Positions 23,833-31,842 are shown, numbered from the stretch's first letter. The stretch: DNA of 32,000 nucleotides from an uncultured Chloroflexia bacterium (GCA_963704755.1 OY969938.1:300001-332000); one strand, 5' to 3'. Notes: a model not told the origin generated them from the letters alone. Made by a program: numbers and translations.

Positions 23833-24678
23833 CTAACTTCTTTTCTCTATCCTCGGCTTCCAGCCCGTTTTTTTACGGCCCTCTTTTTCCGGTTCCCCAG
23901 GACGGCGGCGCGGGATTGGCTTGCGTAAAGGTGCTTTAGCTGACAGAGCCGGCTTTCCCTGGACCTGGGCTTTCAATGCCCTTACTTCATTCGGAGAGAG
24001 GTTGCGCCATTCGCCCGTTTTGAGCGTCCCCAACAACAAGCTGCCAATCCTGACCCGGATAATGCGCTGCACAGGCAGCCCGATCGTTTTGCCGACTTCG
24101 CGAATCTGGCGCTTTTTCCCTTCCCGCATGATCACTTTAATCCAGAATGCTTTACCGGCCTGGTTTTCCAACTCGACCGTCGCCGGCTGGGTGCGGTATC
24201 CATCCGGCAGAACCACGCCGCGCCGCCAGGCTTCCAGTTGTTCAAGGTCTGGTTTGGAACCTAACTGCACCTTGTATTCTTTTTCGTGCCCGTAGCGGGG
24301 ATGAGTCAACCGGTTGGCCAGTTCGCCGTCGCTCGTCAATAACATTAGACCTTCGCTGTCGTAATCCAGACGGCCGACCACGAAATAATGCCCGGCGACT
24401 GGCACCAGGTCAAAAACGGTCTTCCGTGAATCTTGCATGGCGTCGTCCGAAAGCACCCCACGCGGCTTATTGAGGGCAATATAGGTCGCCTGGCTGGGTA
24501 TTTTAGGGATTGACTGTCCGTCCACCTGGATCGAATCTTTTTCCAGGTCAGCTTTACCGCCCAGAATTGCCTTGACCCCATTTACCGTGACCCGGCCATC
24601 CGTGATATATACTTCACATGCTCGTCTCGATCCAAAACCTGCACGGGCCAGGATCTTCTGTATGCGCTCTTCAGCCAT
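23833..24678 (-). CDS. rluB: Pseudouridine synthase, RsuA/RluB family, with an N-terminal S4 domain and a basic C-terminal tail
   Basis: S4 domain (RIQKILARAGFGSRRACEVYITDGRVTVNG), catalytic motif GRLDYDSEGLMLLTSDGELANRLTHP, KEYKV and GKKRQIR. The tail is Lys/Arg/Pro-rich. Confidence 0.85.
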   Translation of the reverse strand: MAEERIQKILARAGFGSRRACEVYITDGRVTVNGVKAILGGKADLEKDSIQVDGQSIPKIPSQATYIALNKPRGVLSDDAMQDSRKTVFDLVPVAGHYFVVGRLDYDSEGLMLLTSDGELANRLTHPRYGHEKEYKVQLGSKPDLEQLEAWRRGVVLPDGYRTQPATVELENQAGKAFWIKVIMREGKKRQIREVGKTIGLPVQRIIRVRIGSLLLGTLKTGEWRNLSPNEVRALKAQVQGKPALSAKAPLRKPIPRRRPGEPEKEGRKKTGWKPRIEKRS

Positions 24679-24685
24679 AAAATGA

Positions 24686-25261
24686 TTAATCCTTAAGAAG
24701 GCGTTGGTCTTCGCCAGCCGCGCCTTCTTGCTCTAATATTTCAAATGGTGGCAACTCGTCTAAGGCATTAAGACCGAAATGCTGCAAGAAATCCTCAGTA
24801 ATCGCATATAAAATCGGCCTTCCAGGCGTCTCAGCGCGCCCCGCTTCCTGGACCAGACCCTTGGATAGCAGACTTTTGATCACACCGTCACTGTTGACAC
24901 CCCGGATCGCATCGATTCCCGGGCGAGTGATCGGTTGGCGATAGGCCACGATCGCCAGGGTCTCCAGGCTGGCCCGGCTTAATCGCGCCATGGCTTCAAG
25001 ACCAAGGAATTTTTCGATACCCTTTGCCAGTTCAGGCACGGTCGTTAATTGGTACCGTCCCTGGTGCCGCTGGATCCGCAAGCCCCGGTTTTGCCGGTAA
25101 GAATTGGACAGATTCGTCAGCGCTGCTTCAATCGTTGCCTGAGGTGTTCCCAAGGCTTCGGAAAGCTGCAATAACGTTACCGGCCCGGGAGCTACGAATA
25201 ACAGCGCTTCCAGGTTCGCTTCGATAGAAAATTCGTCCGTAAGAGGGTCTAATTCAGTCAT
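24686..25261 (-). CDS. scpB: Segregation and condensation protein B (ScpB)
   Basis: From ATG 25261 the protein reads MTELDPLTDEFSIEANLEALLFVAPGPVTL..., followed by two winged-helix repeats (SRASLETLAIVAYRQPITRPGIDAIRGVNSDGVIKSLLSKGLV...GRAETPGRPILYAITEDFL). The 69 extra N-terminal codons in the ORF track have no ScpB-like content. Confidence 0.85.
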   Translation of the reverse strand: MTELDPLTDEFSIEANLEALLFVAPGPVTLLQLSEALGTPQATIEAALTNLSNSYRQNRGLRIQRHQGRYQLTTVPELAKGIEKFLGLEAMARLSRASLETLAIVAYRQPITRPGIDAIRGVNSDGVIKSLLSKGLVQEAGRAETPGRPILYAITEDFLQHFGLNALDELPPFEILEQEGAAGEDQRLLKD

Positions 25262-25274
25262 GCTATAATAGGCG

Positions 25275-26948
25275 TTGTTAAATTTGATACCGCGAATTAT
25301 ACCTGATTCAGTGACAACCCATAGCCATATACACAACCTCGCAAAAAACCACAGCGCTAATGGTTGGTGCCATTTCGCATTTTTCGCTGTCGGGGTAATT
25401 TTTTTGATTCTGCTGGCCGGTTGTGTCGCAACACCAACGCCCACACAATCTGAAATCACGGTGACCATTGTAGATTACGGCAGCACACAGCAGGTCTCTG
25501 TCCCGCCTGGGTCCAGCGTACAAGAAGCCCTGGATTCGGCCGGCGTCACCCTGAACAGCCTGGATCAGGTGGATCCGGCGACTTACACCCTGGTCGACGC
25601 CCCGCTCGAGGTCCACATCACCCGCATCCAGGAAAAATTCGAGACCGAAGACAAGACGATTCCCTTCGAACGCCAGACGGTCCGCAACGAATCCTTACCC
25701 GAAGGCGATTCGGTTCTGATTCAACCTGGCGTAAATGGCACCCAGGAGATCACCTACCGTATCCTGGTGCAGAATGGGGTCAATTCCCCGCGCACTGTCT
25801 TCAAGGTGGAAACGACCCAACAGGCCCAGCCTGAAATCGTCATGGTGGGTGTTCAATCCCCCTTCAGCCCGGTCGATATCCCCGGCCGCCTGGTATATCT
25901 CACGGCCGGCAACGCCTGGTTAATGGAGACCTCCACCTCCGACCGGCGTCCCCTGGTAACAACCGGTGACCTGGATGGGCAAGTCTTCACGATTTCACCG
26001 GACAACAAATGGCTCTTGTTTACCCGCAAGACCGCCGACGACAGCGATAATATCAATTCGCTTTGGCTGGTCAGCTTGACCGACGACAAACCCGAACCAA
26101 TCGCTTTGAATGTCAACAATATTATTCAATACGCCGGCTGGAACCCCGCCAAGACCACCTCGATTCTTTATTCGACCGTCGAACCGCGTTCGACTGCACC
26201 GGGCTGGCAGGCCAACAACGACCTGTACCACATCGTCATCAATGATACCGGCCGGGTAATCACGAACGAACCGCTGATCGAGGCCAATTCCGGTGGAATT
26301 TACGGCTGGTGGGGCACAACCTACTCCTTTTCGCCGGATGGCAGCCAGATTGCCTATGCCCGCCCGGACTCGGTCGGCCTGGTGGACCTGGAAAACCAGG
26401 CATTCCAGGCGATCATAAACCTGCTGCCGTTCCAAACCGGCTCTGACTGGGCCTGGGTGCCCGGGCTGGCCTGGTCTTCCGACAGCGAGCTCTTATATAC
26501 GGTCACCCACGAATTTATGTCTGGCTTGAGTGACCCGGAAACCTCACCTCTGTTCGATCTTTCCGCCTACCTCATGGGCAGCAATACATCGATCGATCTG
26601 GTCACCCAAAGCGGCATGTTTGCCTATCCCAGCCTTCCGGCGACCCTATCCGGGCCTGACGCCAAAGTGGCCTATTTACAGGCCATTTTCCCGGAACAAA
26701 GCGATTCCAGCCGCTACCGTTTGGTCCTTATGGATCAGGATGGCTCCAACAAACTTACCCTCTTCCCCCCGGAGGGATCAGCCGGCCTGGAGCCGCAACA
26801 ACCGGTCTGGTCGCCCGGCACAGAAAGCTCGAAAAGTGATATGATTGCCCTCGTTTATCAGGGCAACATCTATTTAATTACGCTCGACAACCATCAAGCC
26901 CAACAAATTACCGGGGATGGGCTGATCAGTCGGATTGATTGGAAATGA
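25275..26948 (+). CDS. Lipoprotein with DUF348-like and G5 domains followed by a TolB/PD40-like beta-propeller
   Basis: Lipobox FLILLAGC. A ubiquitin-like DUF348 segment (ITVTIVDYGSTQQVSVPPGSSVQEALDSAGV). A G5 domain (FERQTVRNESLPEGDSVLIQPGVNGTQEITYRILVQNG...PEIVMVG). About 370 aa of repeated SPD(G/N)..(I/L)(A/L)(Y/F) blades follow. The start is uncertain: TTG 25275 or GTG 25311. Confidence 0.75.
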   Translation: MLNLIPRIIPDSVTTHSHIHNLAKNHSANGWCHFAFFAVGVIFLILLAGCVATPTPTQSEITVTIVDYGSTQQVSVPPGSSVQEALDSAGVTLNSLDQVDPATYTLVDAPLEVHITRIQEKFETEDKTIPFERQTVRNESLPEGDSVLIQPGVNGTQEITYRILVQNGVNSPRTVFKVETTQQAQPEIVMVGVQSPFSPVDIPGRLVYLTAGNAWLMETSTSDRRPLVTTGDLDGQVFTISPDNKWLLFTRKTADDSDNINSLWLVSLTDDKPEPIALNVNNIIQYAGWNPAKTTSILYSTVEPRSTAPGWQANNDLYHIVINDTGRVITNEPLIEANSGGIYGWWGTTYSFSPDGSQIAYARPDSVGLVDLENQAFQAIINLLPFQTGSDWAWVPGLAWSSDSELLYTVTHEFMSGLSDPETSPLFDLSAYLMGSNTSIDLVTQSGMFAYPSLPATLSGPDAKVAYLQAIFPEQSDSSRYRLVLMDQDGSNKLTLFPPEGSAGLEPQQPVWSPGTESSKSDMIALVYQGNIYLITLDNHQAQQITGDGLISRIDWK

Positions 26949-26992
26949 AGCCTGAAACCATAAAACTGCTCAGCCTGATGATTAAGTATCCC

Positions 26993-27041
26993 GAATTTGA
27001 GGTATTTAGGGAGGCAAAGCTTCCGCAAATACCTCAAATTC
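26993..27041. terminator. Long hairpin (perfect 15-bp stem) between the lipoprotein gene and the UDP-xylose synthase gene
   Basis: GAATTTGAGGTATTT (26993..27007) and AAATACCTCAAATTC (27027..27041) are exact reverse complements. No U-tract follows. Confidence 0.4.
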
Positions 27042-27113
27042 AGGAATCCTTTAACATGTGCCTGCGTAGTTACACGAAATAATTTTATTATAAGGAAAGT
27101 AGAGGGAACAATC

Positions 27114-28073
27114 ATGCGCGTTTTAGTCACAGGAGCAGCCGGTTTCTTGGGTTCGCATTTATGCGAGCGCTTGCTTGGTGAAGGCCACCAGGTTATTGGT
27201 ATGGATAATTTCATTACCGGCAGCACCGAGAACCTGGCCCACCTGGCCAACAACCCGGATTTCCTCTTTATTCGTCACGACGTGGCCAACTTCATATTTG
27301 TACCCGGCAAAATCGATGCCGTCCTGCATTTTGCCTCGCCGGCCAGCCCGAATCCGAAATCACCTTATGGCTACACCAATTTGCCGATCCAGACGATGAA
27401 AGCCGGCGCCTTGGGGACTCACAACACCCTAGGTGTTGCGCGCGCCTTCAACGCCCGCTATCTGCTGGCTTCCACCAGTGAAATCTACGGTGACCCGCTC
27501 GAACATCCTCAAAAAGAGACCTACTGGGGTCACGTGGACCCAATTGGTGTCCGCTCGGTATACGACGAAGCCAAGCGCTTTGCAGAGGCCTTGACAATGG
27601 CCTATCATCGCTATCACGGCATCAACACCCGCATCGTCCGTATTTTCAATACCTACGGCCCGCGTATGCGCCTGGACGATGGCCGCGTCGTCCCCAATTT
27701 CGTCCAGCAGGCCCTGCGGGGTGAAGCGCTCACGGTTTATGGCGATGGTCAGCAAACACGCAGCTTTTGTTTCGTGGATGACCTGGTCGAGGGCATCTAT
27801 CGATTATTGATGTCCGATGAGCACGACCCGGTCAATATCGGCAATCCTGCCGAGATCACCATCCGTGAATTTGCCGAAGCGATTAACCGCCAGGTGGGGA
27901 ACAAGTCCGGGATTGTCCAAAAATTGGAAGAACGCCTGGGTGATGACCCACAGCGCCGCCGGCCCGACATTACCCGCGCCAACCAAATTCTCAACTGGGG
28001 ACCCAAAATCTCTCTGGAAGAAGGCCTTTCGCGCACTATTCCCTATTTCCGCTCTAAACTGGGTATTGCATGA
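27114..28073 (+). CDS. UDP-glucuronate decarboxylase (UDP-xylose synthase), SDR family
   Basis: [55 protein letters not shown] (YxxxK), [18 protein letters not shown] and [12 protein letters not shown]. The GGAAAGTAGAGGGA RBS fits ATG 27114 rather than the track start at 26997. Confidence 0.9.
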   Translation: MRVLVTGAAGFLGSHLCERLLGEGHQVIGMDNFITGSTENLAHLANNPDFLFIRHDVANFIFVPGKIDAVLHFASPASPNPKSPYGYTNLPIQTMKAGALGTHNTLGVARAFNARYLLASTSEIYGDPLEHPQKETYWGHVDPIGVRSVYDEAKRFAEALTMAYHRYHGINTRIVRIFNTYGPRMRLDDGRVVPNFVQQALRGEALTVYGDGQQTRSFCFVDDLVEGIYRLLMSDEHDPVNIGNPAEITIREFAEAINRQVGNKSGIVQKLEERLGDDPQRRRPDITRANQILNWGPKISLEEGLSRTIPYFRSKLGIA

Positions 28074-28534
28074 TCCTGACCAACGTTAAAGAACGCAATC
28101 GATTCCTGAAGTTTGCAGTCGTAGGCCTGGTAGGGGCCGTAATCGATTTTGGTGTTTTCAATCTACTGACCGCTACTGTAACCTTTTTCAAGCAAAATGC
28201 AATTTACGCCCAGGGGATCAGTTTCAGCCTGGCAGTCATCAGTAATTTTATCTGGAACCGCTTTTGGACCTATCCCGATTCACGCACCAAACCCCTTCGT
28301 AACCAGTTAGGCCAGTTCATCCTGGTCAGTGCGATTGGGCTGGCTATCCGAACACCGGTATTCGCCATCCTTGAAAAGATCCTGGTTAAATTTGTCTCCG
28401 GTTGGTGGAAGTCCAGTTTCCTCACACCGACTTTTATCGGCCACAATGTTTCGCTTGCCCTGGTGATCGGGCTGATCATGCTCTGGAACTTCTTTGTGAA
28501 CCGCTATTGGACGTATAATGATGTAAGCGCATGA
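28070..28534 (+). CDS. GtrA family membrane protein (polyisoprenyl-sugar handling)
   Basis: 154 aa with 4 TM helices and the N-terminal signature [23 protein letters not shown] plus FxWNRFWTY repeats. ATGA overlaps with both neighbours (28070..28073 and 28531..28534). Confidence 0.8.
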   Translation: MILTNVKERNRFLKFAVVGLVGAVIDFGVFNLLTATVTFFKQNAIYAQGISFSLAVISNFIWNRFWTYPDSRTKPLRNQLGQFILVSAIGLAIRTPVFAILEKILVKFVSGWWKSSFLTPTFIGHNVSLALVIGLIMLWNFFVNRYWTYNDVSA

Positions 28535-29725
28535 GTAAACCAGACGAGGCACCCCGTTCCGAAGACGAAAACGGCGGTCAAGAGATCACCAACATCCGGT
28601 CGCTTAAGGAATTGATCGATATCGTTTCCGGCCGGGGGTTCAAGGACCAGGCCGCTCAGGAAGATTCAGGCCTGGCCGAACAATTGCCTTATCCTTTTTT
28701 GGCATTGGTCGGGCAGACTGAAATGAAGCTGGCCCTGTGCCTGACCATCATCAATCCCCTGATCGGCGGCACTCTGCTGATCGGGCCCCGCGGCACCGGT
28801 AAAACCACCGCCGTCCGCAGCCTTTTAGATCTCTTGCCCGCGACCGAACGCTCAGCCTGTTTCTACGGCTGTCTGCCTGAGGATATCGATAACGGCGGCA
28901 TCGATGCGGTCTGCCCGGATTGTGCCCGCAAATACGCCGAAGGGATTCCCCTGACGGTAAAAGACCGGGTCCACCTGATCGAGCTGCCGCTAAATTCTCG
29001 CATCGAGGACGTCGTTGGCGGTATCGACGAAAGAGCAGTGGTCAATGAACGCCTGCGATTAAAGGGGGATCCTGGCTCACGCAGACAAGAATATTCTCTA
29101 CATCGATGAGGTCAATCTGCTGGGTGATGATATCATCGATGCTATTCTGGACGCTTCTGCCATGGGCAGTTACACCGTCCGGCGCGGGCCGGTCACGGCG
29201 ACTTATCGCTCCCGCTTCTCGCTAATCGGCTCGATGAACCCGGAAGAGGGTAACCTGCGAGCCCAAATTATGGACCGTTTCGGATTGAGGATCATTATTC
29301 ACGGGCTTGACGACCCGGCCCAACGGCTGGAAGCTTACCAGCGAGTACGCGCCTTTCGCCTCAATCCGCATGGCACCATCAATCAATACTGGGAAGAGAC
29401 CCAAACCGCCGCAGTAGAGATCGCCCGCGCCCGCCAAATGCTCCCGCAAGTAAAATTAGCTGATGAAGCAGCCCAGGCCGGCATTCGCCTGATCCAAAAA
29501 TTGCGAATCGACTCCCTGCGTGCAGAAATCACATTGTTCGAAACAGCCCGGGCCTTCACCGCGGCGGATGGCCGCGACCAGGTCACCCTGGCCGATATCC
29601 GCCAGGTAGCTCCCATGGCATTACGGCTGCGGCGCTCGAATTTTATCGAGCAATTCATCACTGACCAGGCCAGGGAAGAAGAAGAAATTATCCAATCCCT
29701 GGACGGTCTGCCAGTCAACGAGTAA
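28531..29725 (+). pseudogene. Mg-chelatase subunit I-like (ChlI/BchI family) AAA+ ATPase, interrupted by a 1-nt insertion
   Basis: ORF 28531..29109 carries PFLALVGQTEMKLALCL...GGTLLIGPRGTGKTT (Walker A). The adjacent frame then reads GILAHADKNILYIDEVNLLGDDIIDAILDASAMG (Walker B) and joins ORF 29162..29725 (SLIGSMNPEEGNLRAQIMDRFGL). The join is at the G5 run 29064..29068. The span is 1195 nt (3n+1). Confidence 0.8.
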
Positions 29726-29744
29726 GTGGTTGGGAAGGAACCAA

Positions 29745-30746
29745 ATGAACACAAACAAATCATTGACCCATCGTGAAAGAATGGAAACCTGCTTGTCCGG
29801 GGCAAAACCGGATCGGGCTCCAGTCTCATTGTGGCGCCATTTTCCGGTCGATGACCAGACCCCGGATGGATTGGCTGCTGCAATCGCCAACTTCCAAAAA
29901 ATATTCGATTTCGATTTCATCAAAGTGACCCCATCTTCCTCGTACTGCTTATATGATTGGGGCAGCCAGGATCTCTGGAAAGGTAGTAGTGAAGGAACGA
30001 GGGAATATCAGAAAGCCGTCATTGAGCAGTTCGATGATTGGCGCCAGCTTAAACCACTCAACCCCAACCAGGGGCACCTGGCCGAAATGCTGGTCTGCTT
30101 ACGCCAGCTCGTCAAGGAATTTTCGCCGGACGTTCCTATCATCCAGACCATCTTCAACCCGCTCTCGCAAGCCAAGAACCTGATCGGCCGGGAACGCCTG
30201 GCCTACCATTTGCGCTCCTGTCCGGAAGCTGTCCACGAGGGCCTGAAAACGATTACCGAATCGACCATCAACTTCCTCAACGAAGCCAAGAAAACCGGCA
30301 TTGACGGTGTCTTCTTCGCCGTGCAGCACGCCCAATACGGTCTTCTGTCCATCCCTGAGTTCGAAGCCTTCGGCCGGTTCTATGACAAGCAAATCCTCGC
30401 AGCCTGCCAGGACCTCTGGCTGAACGTTGGCCACATCCACGGCTCGGATATCATGTTCGAGCAAGTTATGGATTATCCCGTTCACATCCTCAACTGGCAC
30501 GACCGTGAGACCATTCCTAACCTGCAGGAAGCTCAGCATAAATTTTCCGGCGTGGTCTGTGGAGGATTGCGCCAATGGGATACTATGGTATTGGGTGACC
30601 CGGCCAGAATTGAAGCTGAAGCAAAAGATGCCCTCGAACAGACTCAGTCTACCCGCTTCGTACTGGGCACCGGCTGTGTCGTGCCGATTACTGCACCGTA
30701 CGGTAATCTCATGGCCGCCCGCAAAGCGGTCGAAAAATTCGCCTGA
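29745..30746 (+). CDS. Uroporphyrinogen decarboxylase (URO-D) superfamily protein, not canonical HemE
   Basis: The 333-aa protein has a URO-D-like TIM-barrel layout (RERMETCLSGAKPDRAPVSLW..., IQTIFNPLSQA, GVFFAVQHA, VGHIHGS, VLGTGCVVP). The HemE signature PxWxMRQAGR is absent. A GGGAAGGAA RBS precedes ATG 29745. Confidence 0.7.
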   Translation: MNTNKSLTHRERMETCLSGAKPDRAPVSLWRHFPVDDQTPDGLAAAIANFQKIFDFDFIKVTPSSSYCLYDWGSQDLWKGSSEGTREYQKAVIEQFDDWRQLKPLNPNQGHLAEMLVCLRQLVKEFSPDVPIIQTIFNPLSQAKNLIGRERLAYHLRSCPEAVHEGLKTITESTINFLNEAKKTGIDGVFFAVQHAQYGLLSIPEFEAFGRFYDKQILAACQDLWLNVGHIHGSDIMFEQVMDYPVHILNWHDRETIPNLQEAQHKFSGVVCGGLRQWDTMVLGDPARIEAEAKDALEQTQSTRFVLGTGCVVPITAPYGNLMAARKAVEKFA

Positions 30747-30771
30747 CACCAACGACTGGCAGTCTAATCCA

Positions 30772-31362
30772 TTGGCTAACCCAAGAATAATTGCCGGCAA
30801 AGCCCGCGGGATCCGCCTGCAAGGCGTCCCCGGCGATATCACCCGTCCGATTACCGACCGGGTCAAGGAAGCCTTGTTCAATATCCTGGGACCGGATATT
30901 CACGACAGCGCTTTCCTGGACCTGTTTGGCGGGACGGGCAGTGTAGGCATCGAAGCCCTCAGCCGGGGCGCAGCATGCGTCCACCTGAACGATATTCACC
31001 GCCAGGCGGTCACTGTGATCAAAGCCAACCTGCAAAACACGCGCCTGGAACAAGGGGCTATGGTCACCCAGCAAGATGCCTTCACCCTGATCTCTCGACC
31101 TGCCATGCGGGCTTACGATTATATCTACGTGGCACCGCCACAATATAAAGAATTATGGTTGCAAGCACTCCATAAGATCGATACGAATACCGGTTGGCTC
31201 GCACCAACCGGTATGGTGATCGCTCAAATTGATCCCGTCGAAGACGTACCTCTTGAATTAACAAACCTGGTTGAGTTTGACCGCCGCAAATACGGCAGTA
31301 CTTTGCTGCTGTTTTACGAGCTTTCCGAGAACTCGACCAGTAGTTTGCCTTCGGAATCGTAA
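30772..31362 (+). CDS. rsmD: 16S rRNA (guanine966-N2)-methyltransferase RsmD
   Basis: RIIAGKARGIRLQGVPGDITRPITDRVKEALFNIL, SAM motif DLFGGTGSVGIEALSRGA, and catalytic YVAPPQY. The only in-frame start after the upstream stop is TTG 30772. The ORF-track extension to 30427 lies inside the URO-D-like gene. Confidence 0.8.
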   Translation: MANPRIIAGKARGIRLQGVPGDITRPITDRVKEALFNILGPDIHDSAFLDLFGGTGSVGIEALSRGAACVHLNDIHRQAVTVIKANLQNTRLEQGAMVTQQDAFTLISRPAMRAYDYIYVAPPQYKELWLQALHKIDTNTGWLAPTGMVIAQIDPVEDVPLELTNLVEFDRRKYGSTLLLFYELSENSTSSLPSES

Positions 31363-31823
31363 TGGGATAGCGCAAAAAATGGCGGCTCACCGGCACGGAA
31401 ACGGATCACCTGCGGAAGCAAATAAGGCAAATCTTCGACTGTGGCCAGCTCTTGCCAGCCATCCACCGGCACCCATTCCAGCCCGCCCTCTTCGGAAGGG
31501 ATCACATTCGTGATCTGCGAATCGCCTTCGAAAACGTATAATCCGATCCCGGTTTTCTCTTCTACATCCACCATCACCATGCCGCACAGGGCCAGCGGCA
31601 CATCGACCAACCCGGTCTCTTCGTGCAGTTCCCTGCGGGCTGCCATAAGAATGTCCTCACCGCGCTCGACATGCCCGCCGATACCGTTATAGCGGTTCGC
31701 CCACAGGCGTTTGGTCGGAGCCCCTTTCAACAACAAAATCTTGTCCTGGTGGAAAACAAAGATCAATGTACGGGGAATGATCTTGTAGCGGTCCTGGCCG
31801 GTACCTTGTTCCTCTTTGGGCAT
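31314..31823 (-). CDS. Nudix hydrolase
   Basis: Nudix box GGHVERGEDILMAARRELHEETGL. Start chosen at ATG 31823 (MPKEEQG...). The upstream 21 codons in the track look non-coding. Confidence 0.75.
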   Translation of the reverse strand: MPKEEQGTGQDRYKIIPRTLIFVFHQDKILLLKGAPTKRLWANRYNGIGGHVERGEDILMAARRELHEETGLVDVPLALCGMVMVDVEEKTGIGLYVFEGDSQITNVIPSEEGGLEWVPVDGWQELATVEDLPYLLPQVIRFRAGEPPFFALSHYDSEGKLLVEFSESS

Positions 31824-31842
31824 AAAATTACCTTTTATTTTA

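Noticed and set aside
23754-23939. A 61-aa plus-strand ORF in the rluB-proximal gap.
   Set aside because: It has no RBS, and its translation is Phe/Ser/Leu-rich from AT-rich terminator sequence. Its second half overlaps the rluB 3' coding region on the other strand.
25262-25468. N-terminal extensions of scpB (to 25468), UDP-xylose synthase (from 26997) and the terminal Nudix gene (to 31886).
   Set aside because: The extra residues precede the conserved family N-termini (MTELDP...LEALLFV; [13 protein letters not shown]; MPKEEQG). They overlap neighbouring genes or hairpins. For UXS, the RBS fits the internal ATG.
30427-30771. The ORF-track extension of rsmD back to 30427 (311 aa).
   Set aside because: The first 115 codons overlap the URO-D-like gene in another frame and have no RsmD-like content. 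The family N-terminus (RIIAGKARG) begins right after TTG 30772.
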